Positions 38,301-47,485 of a DNA stretch of 64,000 bases are shown here, piece by piece (within the stretch, counting starts at the first letter, position 1; every line of letters starts with the position of its first letter). The stretch is from Tubulanus polymorphus (Eukaryota > Animalia > Nemertea). Below the pieces are notes generated by a model that saw nothing but the letters and a program-made list of their open reading frames with translations, had not been told where the DNA came from and did no database searches. Location: positions 5,858,600-5,922,599 of the forward strand of contig NC_134036.1 in NCBI RefSeq assembly GCF_964204645.1, read 5' to 3'. A program made the translations under genes and the position numbers.

Positions 38301-38933
38301 TGTTACTAGTGACAACCTTCTCATTCTCAATACGTTCTCACATCTAGTAAGAAATTATGATTAGTTGCTAATGATGACCTTCTCATTCTCGATAACTTCA
38401 ACGATTCAGTAAAATTATGATTATTTACTAATGACTACCTTGCCATTCTCGATAACTTCAACGATTCATTAAAATTATGATTAGTGACTGACCACAGCCT
38501 TATTCTTGATGATTTCAGTGAATATTCAGTTGAATTTCGAGTTGTTACAAATGACGATTTTGCCATTCTTAAAAATTCAGAGGCTAAAGTCTTATTCTCA
38601 ATAACATGAATGATTCAGCACTACGATAAGTTACCAATGACGAGCCCATTCTAGATGAAATCAATGATTTCATATTTTCGAACGTGTTCATACAACTTAT
38701 ATCCAACGATGCATGTAATTGCTATGATTGACAACTTACACTTGAGGAGGCCACGCCTCCCACACGGGAGTCCTGCCGGTCATTTTCTGGCGCAGTTTTC
38801 GTTCTTTTTCCAATCGTTTCTTCTCCTCCTCAGCGCGGCGTTTTTCCGCTCTGAGTTTCTCCAGTTCGAGCTCTTTCTCGCGTTGTAGCGCTTTCGCCTC
38901 TTTCTCCTCGGCTCGACGTTTCGCTTCCAGTTC
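23149..38933 (-). CDS. DTHD1: Death domain-containing protein (DTHD1-like; coiled coil, ZU5-like/UPA region, C-terminal death domain); 14 exons, 5' end not found
   Basis: Exons 38933-38740, 38009-37805, 37299-37159, 36811-36629, 36050-35919, 35466-35196, 34520-34391, 27683-27570, 26914-26784, 26461-26217, 25792-25610, 24750-24576, 23914-23814, 23322-23149. All are GT-AG and phase-consistent, giving 792 codons plus TAG. Death domain LHHLAEELGDEWKKLAHYLGL...AKYEMLTTW...GRRDLVEEL; EELVSNII, IYVAVPH, VTIPVPP and LHEGDVVEVMFKGNV resemble ZU5/UPA motifs. Orthology is inferred. Confidence 0.8.
23400..23757 (+). repeat. 92-bp satellite family array (intronic)
   Basis: About 4 units of the cagtagactctgtctcttactgc... 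repeat. Confidence 0.88.
23814..23914 (-). CDS. DTHD1-like exon (death domain)
   Basis: NINKNTGQRRSDEEAKYEMLTTWMKRLPRGANK; GT-AG. Confidence 0.85.
24447..24550. mobile_element. Short MITE-like inverted-repeat element
   Basis: ggcccagtttcgcaaaaagg ... cctttttgtgaaactgggac; no clear TSD. Confidence 0.5.
24576..24750 (-). CDS. DTHD1-like exon (death domain, N-terminal half)
   Basis: YLHHLAEELGDEWKKLAHYLGLRRVRVQAII; GT-AG. Confidence 0.88.
25610..25792 (-). CDS. DTHD1-like exon
   Basis: MSLVEKK...LLCQLMVNIPK; GT-AG. Confidence 0.82.
26217..26461 (-). CDS. DTHD1-like exon (UPA-like)
   Basis: GDVVEVMFKGNVK...FRGMIQMYKR...AKKR; GT-AG. Confidence 0.82.
26784..26914 (-). CDS. DTHD1-like exon
   Basis: GDEPNSVAVEC...GPDIQLHE; GT-AG. 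Confidence 0.82.
27570..27683 (-). CDS. DTHD1-like exon (absent from the ORF track)
   Basis: FTVVRTKTTVDDSEARQFASYIEDYLSQKVTKFVVKQ; phase 2 in and out; acceptor lacks a pyrimidine tract (see findings). Confidence 0.75.
31517..31565. mobile_element. 49-bp palindromic micro-element with 5-bp TSD
   Basis: cttga|ccatggactctaaaacg...cgttttagagtccatga|cttga. Confidence 0.65.
33308..33346. mobile_element. 39-bp micro-element of the CCATGGA family
   Basis: ttata|tcagagactc...ttttagagtccatgg|ttata (left end degenerate). Confidence 0.5.
34057..34197. mobile_element. Short MITE-like element
   Basis: gggccggttgca ... tgcaactggctc ends, internal taagaccagtct repeats; related fragments near 15090-15235 and 36320-36545. 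Confidence 0.45.
34391..34520 (-). CDS. DTHD1-like exon (absent from the ORF track)
   Basis: DDENDNLYLVTHDEKGYCQVVPRVKVTEIKMDVVQFMLAETLS; phase 1 in, phase 2 out. Confidence 0.78.
35196..35466 (-). CDS. DTHD1-like exon
   Basis: VTIPVPPNPVKARK...WYMGQYATND; GT-AG. Confidence 0.82.
35645..35830 (+). repeat. Degenerate 51-bp minisatellite (same family as 5441-5636)
   Basis: caggttcgaatccctgcgaggg..gaacgtggca recurs with ~51-bp period. Confidence 0.7.
35919..36050 (-). CDS. DTHD1-like exon (absent from the ORF track)
   Basis: IQPVDSNSLSDMKKRRPECSGLLNTSSIVKIQW...KKPIL; gtttacag| and |gtaagt. Confidence 0.8.
36629..36811 (-). CDS. DTHD1-like exon
   Basis: DMKFAQ...LAVVSRLKRD...NLMLQ; GT-AG. Confidence 0.82.
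37159..37299 (-). CDS. DTHD1-like exon
   Basis: LKQTIYVAVPHCMTRASAISRETVVK...DHNK; GT-AG. Confidence 0.82.
37805..38009 (-). CDS. DTHD1-like exon
   Basis: IHVPQGDFDNGIGCLIRA...EELVSNIIRL; GT-AG, phase 2 in, phase 0 out. Confidence 0.82.
38145..38650 (+). repeat. 57-60-bp tandem minisatellite
   Basis: aacttcaacgattcagtaaaattatgattagtt...gaccttctcattctc units, same family as 7925-8370. Confidence 0.88.
38740..38933 (-). CDS. DTHD1-like exon (charged coiled coil)
   Basis: atttcag| acceptor, |gtaagt donor; ELEAKRRAEEKE...VWEAWPPQ. Confidence 0.8.
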
Positions 38934-39568
38934 CTGAAATATCGCGGGGAACAGATATCTTTTAGCTTCGATTTCCGTATTCTCTCTCCTTATTGCGTCT
39001 TTACGGTCGAACCGCCGCCCAATCGACGGTCTAATCTTCATTTTAAACAACACAAACTGAGCTGCACCGCTTTGGGATTTTTATTATCATATAACGTGAA
39101 AATCTAATTTGAAACGTTGTTATTATATCGAACGGAATGTGAAAAACCCTTGATATTCATTATAGTAAATCTAGTTATTGGAAAATTCTTGTCAAATTAG
39201 TGTCAACATATTATCACTGAAGATCACTGATTTCTGATTGAAATATATTTTCTAGTGAAAGAAACCTTTCGGACCCCATTCTTTTTCCCTATTGTCGGAT
39301 TTTACAGTATTAGTGTTGACATCGGTATGTTTTTATATGATTCAAAACGCCAACGCTATACTCCACTGTAAGACGAAAGGCGTGGGTATCGCCCACATAC
39401 ACTGAAGCTATATGCCAAACTTCAGCCTGTAGTGCGAGTGATCTTTGCAGTGTAGTCGTTGCAACTTTTCAGCTTTATCACGGGCCCATACAGTTTCAAC
39501 ATCAACAATGTTGTGGTCATGTCATATGAATTTTCGTATAGTTTTATCAATCATAGGATTTTATATTT

Positions 39569-40687
39569 TCACAATGGAAACATCGCTTTTAATTGCTTTC
39601 TAAAGCGACGCCTCGAAGCGCAATAAATAATGAAATTACAAGACGCTACAATCATTCTAATTATGTTCTGAAAGGCGATCATCATGGTGGCCAAAGAGCC
39701 TTTACCAAATTTTCCGTTGAGAGCAAGAATCAGATTTTGGATCGATGCTCTGAGATCAAAAGCTTTTTTCAGCAAGTAGAAACATGAAATGAGAACTAAT
39801 GTCAGAGTTAAACTACGGTCACTGCTGCTGCTGCTGCTGCTGCTGCTGCTAGCAGGTTGATTAGATGTAGACATGGTTTTTCTCGCTGCTCCTGCGCGTC
39901 TCAACGTGAAAATCAATCGAATAGTTATCAGAACCACTATCACTGTCGGGAGTATAGTAAATAAAGGAGCGCGGAAAAACACTTCGTAATATCTCAAATA
40001 TATGTTTTTAGCAAATGGCGTCAATTTTTGAGTCCATCGCTCGTGTCCGGTGCACGGATTACGGGTATAATTGGGAGCTTTAAACTTAAAATTATTTGTC
40101 ACCTGATCACAAACTGAAATGACCGAAACGAAAATGATGATGAAATCACTTTTCTTCAGGCTTACGATTCCTATAGCTTTCAGAGGCCAACAAACGACGA
40201 TATATCTGTCTATAGCTATTAACAATGTTATCAGATCACTGAAACCAGAAAACACAAGTCGAAGGAATTGAGTGTATGAATACATGCGCTTCATAACGTG
40301 GTTTATTTCAGCAGTCATGTCCAGTAACAGCGTATGACTGTAGAGCCGATACTGAAAGCCAAATACGACATAAGACAAACAAATAAACATGTCCGCAACA
40401 GCCAAACATCTCAAATAGAATATACTAGTGTTGATTGTTCGTTCTTTGGTAAGAATGAGAAGAGACAGTAAATTTGTACCGAAACCAAAGATGGCAATGC
40501 TAAAAACTGCGTAAGTTGTAATCTGTATATACAGATTCACGTGAAATGGTTTGTAATCAGCGTGATGGATGTATTTACACCGCGGATGAGGTTTAAAACC
40601 CGCCCTCTCAGTGGCGGTGGTTGTCAGGTCCGATCCGTTGAGGTCGAGAAACTGAGCGCCAACCGATACATTTTCTGAAGCCATCAT
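39569..40687 (-). CDS. Intronless rhodopsin-class GPCR, subfamily C copy 1 (FMRFamide/sex-peptide-receptor-like)
   Basis: 372 aa; FYLRCLAVAD, IAIDRYIVVCWPLKA, poly-Ser in ICL3, ASCNFIIYC...FRKQL. Confidence 0.92.
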   Translation of the reverse strand: MMASENVSVGAQFLDLNGSDLTTTATERAGFKPHPRCKYIHHADYKPFHVNLYIQITTYAVFSIAIFGFGTNLLSLLILTKERTINTSIFYLRCLAVADMFICLSYVVFGFQYRLYSHTLLLDMTAEINHVMKRMYSYTQFLRLVFSGFSDLITLLIAIDRYIVVCWPLKAIGIVSLKKSDFIIIFVSVISVCDQVTNNFKFKAPNYTRNPCTGHERWTQKLTPFAKNIYLRYYEVFFRAPLFTILPTVIVVLITIRLIFTLRRAGAARKTMSTSNQPASSSSSSSSSSDRSLTLTLVLISCFYLLKKAFDLRASIQNLILALNGKFGKGSLATMMIAFQNIIRMIVASCNFIIYCASRRRFRKQLKAMFPL

Positions 40688-41177
40688 TTCAGTATGTACA
40701 CAAACAGTCTAACAGTCACTGATTGGTAATAGAAACAATTGGTTTTAACTTCCTAATCTATCGTTGTACTAAGAACCAGCAACATCTTAATTTATTAGCA
40801 ATTTTCAAGCTGCAAGAATTGTGTACGATATAAACGGACGTAAAACAACCAAACTGAAATGAGCCAAAAGTGCGCTGACGCTAAGAGACTAGAAGTCGAA
40901 ATATGCAGTTCTCGAGTTGACGCCCGACAGCGAAGAACATTAACCTGCAATTTCAGTGTAGCGAACTTCTACCCATATATTACATTCGGATATTGGATAT
41001 AGCTATATCTGAATCGACAGTGAAAAAAATCATGCGCATATATCTTGCGGTAGATTCATATCTGCGAAATATAAAGTAAAATATGCTTGTAAATGCACAA
41101 AGTAGGTTTCAACTTTGAATGCGCAGTATATATTTTCTGCCTTGATCCGGTTGGACATTGTGTCCCAAAATGAACCA

Positions 41178-41360
41178 AGACAGTGTCTACTGTATTTCAC
41201 AAGCCTTTACTCTGTATCTGAAACCGACTTGAGGTAGAACTCTATCAATCTCAACTCAAGCGGGTGAGGGACAGAGTCTACCCTATTTAGCAAACTCTTA
41301 CTCAGTATTTGACATCAACTCGGGGTAGAATTTTACCAGTCTCAACTTTACAGCAATAAC
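41178..41360 (-). repeat. 92-bp satellite family, reverse copies
   Basis: agacagtgtctactgtatttcac...actcttactcagtatttgacatcaactcggggtagaattttaccagtctcaacttta. Confidence 0.8.
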
Positions 41361-42193
41361 AGAGATGACTGGTGACTGATAGAGTACAGATAATAGGCTA
41401 TTAGGGGTCAATGATACGATTGCTGCTTCTAAGCTTACTAGCGAGCATAACTTTGTCAAAATCAAATTGTTTGATTAGAAACCCCCAAGACTAAATATTT
41501 TTCTGAATGGTTATAGACATTGCAAAATGTAAGTATTTCGAAAATGGCTCATCGATTCGAGTTGAAACATCAGACTTTACCTTAGTTTATTTATCTTAAT
41601 GTGGGTTTATAAACTTCATTGACATTAGACACTTGTCTATGGAAACCAAAATTTGAAAAACGGTTGATAATTAGACTATTGGGATCAAGAAAATATATTA
41701 CGTTTTTTTTAATTTAAAAAAATCGTGAAATACTGTGACGACGTCAACTCAAATGACTAATGATATACAAACCGATTTTTCTCTACGAAATTAGGTCCTT
41801 TACACGAGAGTTCGGTAGAAAAACGTACACTTCAATATTAAGAGTAAATCGATGGTTCTTTTGCTTTTTAGCTATCGTTGTATTGCGAGGGTGGTCAGCG
41901 CCTTTACGTAATAGATAGCTCAGACGAAGCATGGATAACGTGAACGAGTTCAACTTTAAAAAAAGTGGAAACTCATTCGTTTTAAGCATGTTGAGAAATG
42001 ATCGTAAATTTTCATATCTTATTACCGGGAATTTCGTATTAAGATAATTGCACTAAGCAAACTTATTTTTATCGGAAAATGCTATAGGAAAAGCCGTGAA
42101 TACTTAAATGCATCGTATTTGTGAGGATTTCGTTGTTTCGCCGAGCCGTACTGATGAGGTTCCATTGAATCTATCACATTTAATCTTCATAAT

Positions 42194-43315
42194 TTAAAAC
42201 ATCGCTTTCAGTTGATTTCGAAAGCGACGCCTCGAAACGCAATAAATGACGAAATTACAAGACGCTACGATCATTCTGATTATATTTTGAATTTGGTTCA
42301 TAATTGTTGATAACGATCCTTTTCCAAGTTTTCCGTTGAGAGTGAGAATTAGATTGTGGATCGATGATCTGAGATCAAAAGCTTTCTTCATCAAAAATAA
42401 ACATGAAATGAGAATTAACGTCAGAGTTAAACTACGGTCACTGCTGCTGCTGCTGCTGTTAGAGGTTTGATTATTTGGAGACATGGTTTTTCTCGCTGCT
42501 CCTGCGCGTCTTAACGTGAAAATCAATCGAATAGTTATTAGAACCACTATCACCGTCGGTAGTGTAGTTATAACTAGAGCGCGGGCAAACACTTCATAAT
42601 ATTTCAAATATGCGTTTTTAGCAAATGGAGTCAACCTCCGAGTCCATCTCTCGTGTCCGGTGCACGGATTGATAGATTGACTTGTATAATATTTGAAGTA
42701 ATTTCTCATCTGATCGCAAACTGAAATGATCATAACAGAATTGATGCAGATATAACTTCTCTTCATACCAATAATTATGAAACTTTTCAGAGGCCAACAA
42801 ACGACGATATATCTGTCTATAGCTATTAACAATGTTATCAGATCACTGATACTTGAAAATGAAAGTCGGGTGAATTGAGTATATGAATACATGCGCTTCA
42901 TAACGCGGTTTATTTCAGCAGTCATGTCCAGTAACAGCGTGTGACTGTAGAGCCGATACTGAAAGTCGAATACAATATAAGACAAACAAATAAACATGTC
43001 CGCAACAGCCAAACATCTCAAATAGAATATACTGGTGTTGATTGGACGTTCTTTACTGAGAATGATAAAAGACAGTAAATTTGTACCGAAACCCCAGATG
43101 GCTATGCTGAAAATGACGTAAGTCGTGATCTGTAGATACAGATTCACGTGAAACGGTTTGTAATCGGCGTGATGGATGTATTTACACCGCGGATGAGGTT
43201 TAAACCCCGCCTTCTCAGTGGTGGTTGTTGTCAGGTCTGATCCGTTTAGGTCGAGAAACTGAGCGCCAACCGATATATTTTCTGTAGCCTGCATTTCAGT
43301 CGGCACTCCGAACAC
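42194..43315 (-). CDS. Intronless rhodopsin-class GPCR, subfamily C copy 2
   Basis: 373 aa, close paralog of 39569-40687 with the same motifs; the true start may be the Met at 43294. Confidence 0.92.
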   Translation of the reverse strand: MFGVPTEMQATENISVGAQFLDLNGSDLTTTTTEKAGFKPHPRCKYIHHADYKPFHVNLYLQITTYVIFSIAIWGFGTNLLSFIILSKERPINTSIFYLRCLAVADMFICLSYIVFDFQYRLYSHTLLLDMTAEINRVMKRMYSYTQFTRLSFSSISDLITLLIAIDRYIVVCWPLKSFIIIGMKRSYICINSVMIISVCDQMRNYFKYYTSQSINPCTGHERWTRRLTPFAKNAYLKYYEVFARALVITTLPTVIVVLITIRLIFTLRRAGAARKTMSPNNQTSNSSSSSSDRSLTLTLILISCLFLMKKAFDLRSSIHNLILTLNGKLGKGSLSTIMNQIQNIIRMIVASCNFVIYCVSRRRFRNQLKAMF

Positions 43316-43406
43316 TCACTGCTTGTAAATGGAGACAAAATCGGTTTAAACTTCCATGTCTATCGTTGTACAAAGATCCAGCAATATCTCAAGTTATTAG
43401 CGATTT

Positions 43407-43548
43407 TCCTGTTTGTAATCGGCGTGATGGATGTATTTTCACCGCGGATGAGGTCTAAATCCTGCCTCGCCAGTGGTGATTGTCAGGTCAGTTCCGTTGA
43501 GGCCGGGAAACCGAGCGCCAGCAACTGATATATTTGCAGCGGCCATCC
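43407..43548 (-). pseudogene. Degenerate N-terminal fragment of a subfamily C GPCR
   Basis: gtttgtaatcggcgtgatggatgtatttt.caccgcggatgaggt...gagcgcca matches 43156-43270. Confidence 0.75.
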
Positions 43549-43613
43549 ATGCAAACTTCAAGCACAACGAAACTGCTTGAAATTGAAATCGCGCAGTTCT
43601 GGAGTTGAACGTC

Positions 43614-44198
43614 AGTAATAGGGGTAATAGGCTTTCATACCAAAGGTCGAACGGTCGAGCCCATTAAAAAACAAAATATTAAAAGTAATTAAAAAACTAT
43701 AATATATTTTCATAACCGCGTGCATTTTATATCAAAACTAAATATTTATTCTAAGATATCAATAATATAAAAAGCATATTGTATTAAATCAATTAGTCGC
43801 TCCACTTCGCTACCGCTCCGCTCCGCGACCAATTGATTTAATTACAATACACAAATTCAAATAATCAAATATATTCAAATGATAATAATTATTCTATTAT
43901 TCAACTGAAATGCACGCGGTTATGAAAATATATTATAGTTTTTTAATTACTTTTAATATATGTTATTAATGAACTCGATCATTAAACCTTTGATATGAAA
44001 GCCTATTACCCCTATTACTCTTAAAATATTCATTTAAATCATTGAACTTCTAAAATCAATTTTAATAAAAAATATAGTATTAAAATGGAAGCAAATAAAT
44101 ACTACTGCCCAACATGTAATATCGATATAGACAAGTCTCAAAAAGCAAGACACAATAAAACTATAACACATTTAGAGAATAAATTGAAACTAGAATAT
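43614..44198 (+). repeat. Maverick left TIR (585 bp)
   Basis: Reverse complement of 61353-61937; no mismatches seen by eye. Confidence 0.95.
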
Positions 44199-44321
44199 TT
44201 ACAGTTATATTCAGAACAGTTAACAAAAGGAAAGAAATTTATTGAATTATGGAACACTGATCCAAATAATGAACAATACGTTGAGGATACGATGTTTATA
44301 CTAGAACATGATTCTATTTGA
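44085..44321 (+). CDS. Chimeric 78-aa ORF: pPolB N-terminal zinc finger fused to a duplicate of the HNH-ORF C-terminus
   Basis: aa 1-38 are identical to the pPolB N-terminus (inside the TIR). LQLYSEQLTKGKKFIELWNTDPNNEQYVE resembles the end of 45631-46296. Confidence 0.55.
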   Translation: MEANKYYCPTCNIDIDKSQKARHNKTITHLENKLKLEYLQLYSEQLTKGKKFIELWNTDPNNEQYVEDTMFILEHDSI

Positions 44322-45029
44322 GCCTATATACATTCAATGTACAGAGCTATAGAATAAATCTATAAATTCGCAGCTGTTACGGTTGTTACTATAACAACGA
44401 GACATTATGACACGTCATAATCAGAAACGTGTAGAACACTCTAGAACCGGAACTAGATGACGTGGCATAATCAACGACGTGTCATTCTAGAAATCGCCCC
44501 GGAAATGGACATACGCTGTAATATTGTGCTCAGGATATTCTATCTTTCGAAACGAAATAAGGAGTTTATAGTTTACAATTATAAATCTAAATGTAAGTAC
44601 TGTTTGTTGTAGTTATTAGAGCTATTAAATATGAAACCTTTAGATATATTTAAGTGTATTTAGTATATCTTTTAGATAGATAGAGTTACCGCTAATATCT
44701 TTTAGATTAATAAAACACCATACGAATCAAGAAGTGATAGAGAAACTCAAGATACTCTTTCTGACTGAGGAATCAACAGCAATGGATATCAAACCAATAG
44801 AAACTGGCGTAGAATCACCAAAAGATCGACGAAGAAACTATATAAGAATTTCAAAAACATTAAGACTCCAATGATTAAGTTTAACATTTGTTGATGTAGT
44901 TAAATATTTACCAACAATTGAAAAAATGTTTGTAATTATAAATTGTATTTATAGAAATCAAATGATGTATTGGAAGAAACGACTGAACAACTTGTATAAT
45001 GTATTGTGTAAATCTGTTTGGTGAATTTT

Positions 45030-45495
45030 TATGTTCAGTCGTTTCAATAATAATTCGTTTCAATTATGATTAGCGCATGCGCATTAAGCAAAAGCGCTCC
45101 TATAAGAGCGGTTTTGCCTAATGCGAACACGTTTTGATATTTTATGTCGGTCGTTTCTATTTACATAATTATATATTCATTATGTAAATATAATTATGAT
45201 TAACGCATGCGCATTGATCAAAAACGCTCCTATAAGAGCGGTTTTGCCTAGTGCACATGCGTTTGAATTTTCTATGTTCAGTTGTTTCTATTTCACAGAA
45301 TGAATATATAATTATGATTAACGCATGCGCATTGATCAAAAACGCTCCTATAAGAGCGGTTTTGCTTAGTGCGAACACGTTTAGATATTTTTTGTCAGTC
45401 GTTTCTATTTTACAGAATTTACAGAATGAATATATAATTATGATTAACGCATGCGTATTAAGCAAAAGCGCTCCTATAAGAGCGGTTTTGCCCAG
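45030..45495. repeat. Four ~118-130-bp tandem repeats with internal palindromes inside the Maverick
   Basis: aattatgattaacgcatgcgcatt...aaaacgctcctataagagcggttttgc at ~45062, 45192, 45310 and 45437. Confidence 0.9.
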
Positions 45496-45630
45496 TGGTA
45501 TTATTTAGATATCAAGGAATCGAAACAACTTATCAAAAGCAGCGAGGAATGAAAAAGGATGGCGTTGATCGAAGAAATGGAAGAGGATTATAAAATATTA
45601 ACCAATTTAGTAAAAAAATACATATAATAA

Positions 45631-46296
45631 ATGGAACCAGAACAACCACAAACTATCAATATTACAAATAACACTGGTGTTATAAACATATATTACAAGA
45701 AGTGTTCTAAATGTGAATTAGATAAATCATTAACAGAATTTAGTAAGCGTAAGATTAGCAAAGATGGTTTTCAATATTGTTGTAAAACTTGTACTAAACT
45801 ATATACCAAACAATATCGAGAAGATAATATAAAACATTATAATTATTATATGACAAAATATATGAGAGAAAGATATCAAACAGATCTTAATTTTAGATTG
45901 AAACAATGCTTAAGGACTAGATTAACACAATTATTCAACAAAGAAACACATTCAGAAACACTATCTAATTTATTGGGTTGTTCGGATGAATTTCTCAAAT
46001 CATGGATTATATTTCAATTCGATGATAAAATGAATATAGATAATTATGGGGATTATTACCACATTGATCACGTGTTACCAATATCTAAATTTAACATGAA
46101 TGATGAATACAATAAAAAACTTATTTGGGGTTGGAAAAATTTAAGGCCTTTAGAAAAGAAAGAAAATCAAATCAAATCTAATAAACTAGATTTACAGTTA
46201 TATTTAGAACAGTTAACAAAAGCAAAGAAATTTATTGATCAATGGAATAATAATCCAAATAATGAACAATACGTTGAGTCTTTAATGAGTGGTTAA
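45631..46296 (+). CDS. HNH / endonuclease VII-like nuclease with N-terminal Cys4 zinc ribbon (NCLDV-type)
   Basis: CSKC...CKTC, then YHIDHVLPISKF...WKNLRPLEKKENQIKSNK (beta-beta-alpha-metal motif). Confidence 0.8.
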   Translation: MEPEQPQTINITNNTGVINIYYKKCSKCELDKSLTEFSKRKISKDGFQYCCKTCTKLYTKQYREDNIKHYNYYMTKYMRERYQTDLNFRLKQCLRTRLTQLFNKETHSETLSNLLGCSDEFLKSWIIFQFDDKMNIDNYGDYYHIDHVLPISKFNMNDEYNKKLIWGWKNLRPLEKKENQIKSNKLDLQLYLEQLTKAKKFIDQWNNNPNNEQYVESLMSG

Positions 46297-46521
46297 AGAT
46301 TAATATATCTCAAATAAAATATAATAAAAATTACATACCTTCAACTATCTATTATTTCTATTTTAATTTTTAATATTTTCTTTTCAAAAGAGAATACTTT
46401 ATATCACAAATAAAAAATACTAAAAAAACAATAACTAATACTAGAATTCTTTAGCTTTAACTAGCTAGTATCATTTGAAGAATACTTATAATACTATTCT
46501 TATTAAATTTCTATAATATAA

Positions 46522-47127
46522 ATGTCTAAGAAATCGAATAAGAATAATATTAAAGTTGAAAAAACTTTGGAAGATTTAGGTCTAACAGATGATAATGATA
46601 ATGTGGTAACTAAATGTGATAATAAAATTGATAGTAATATTGATTATGAATACTATTTATATTGTAAGCATCATCTAGAACTATTGATTGCGAGTGGAAA
46701 AACTAAAGAGTTTATTGGTAAAACAATAACTTTTCAAGAATTAGATAATATGAACAAAGAAAAAGTAATTAAATATTTTAAGATTTATGAAGAGTCAAGA
46801 TTAGCTAGAATAAATGATTCTATTTCAGATGGTATTGTCAAATGTTATTCAAAATTATGTAACCGGCTAATACCAATTGATGATGAAAATAAATTATATA
46901 GTGATTTGAAAAATGACTACTTAGTTATGACTGAATTACAAAAATGGGTTGGATATGCTTCATTTCAATTAGGATCGGTTATGACATTGATTTCTACTGG
47001 CGTCATAACATTTTCGAACATCAAACCTATGGAATATAAATCAGGTAAGAACGAAACAGATGTACTACAACAAAACGTCGAAACAGAAAATGAATCAGAA
47101 CAAAAATTAACTAAAATAAATGAGTGA
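46522..47127 (+). CDS. Maverick hypothetical protein (201 aa; hydrophobic segment near the C-terminus)
   Basis: Intact ORF, TAAATG start, overlaps the next ORF. Confidence 0.75.
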   Translation: MSKKSNKNNIKVEKTLEDLGLTDDNDNVVTKCDNKIDSNIDYEYYLYCKHHLELLIASGKTKEFIGKTITFQELDNMNKEKVIKYFKIYEESRLARINDSISDGIVKCYSKLCNRLIPIDDENKLYSDLKNDYLVMTELQKWVGYASFQLGSVMTLISTGVITFSNIKPMEYKSGKNETDVLQQNVETENESEQKLTKINE

Positions 47128-47482
47128 TGGAGTTAAGAAAAAGGCTAGATCCGAGAAACAAATTAAATGGGCAAGAGAATTAGGTAAAAGATCATCAGAA
47201 TTAAAAAAAGCTAAGAAAAAGAAATTAACTGATATAAATGAATCACCTGGTATTGATTCAAATAATAATCCATCTAATAGATTCAGCACAGCTGAATCTC
47301 ATAATTACTTATATATTACAATTGGGTTAATCACAATTATTATATTATCCGGTGTAATATATAAATCAAAATTCAAATCTGACGATAAAGATGATCGGAA
47401 ACTTAGTTATCCATGTACAGACAATAAACCACCAGAAAATAAATCAAATGAAAATAAATCTAAAATATTATTAATGGATTAA
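47120..47482 (+). CDS. Maverick small basic protein with one transmembrane segment
   Basis: Lys/Arg-rich N-terminus; YLYITIGLITIIILSGVIY; TAAATG start. Confidence 0.75.
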   Translation: MSDGVKKKARSEKQIKWARELGKRSSELKKAKKKKLTDINESPGIDSNNNPSNRFSTAESHNYLYITIGLITIIILSGVIYKSKFKSDDKDDRKLSYPCTDNKPPENKSNENKSKILLMD

Positions 47483-47485
47483 AAT

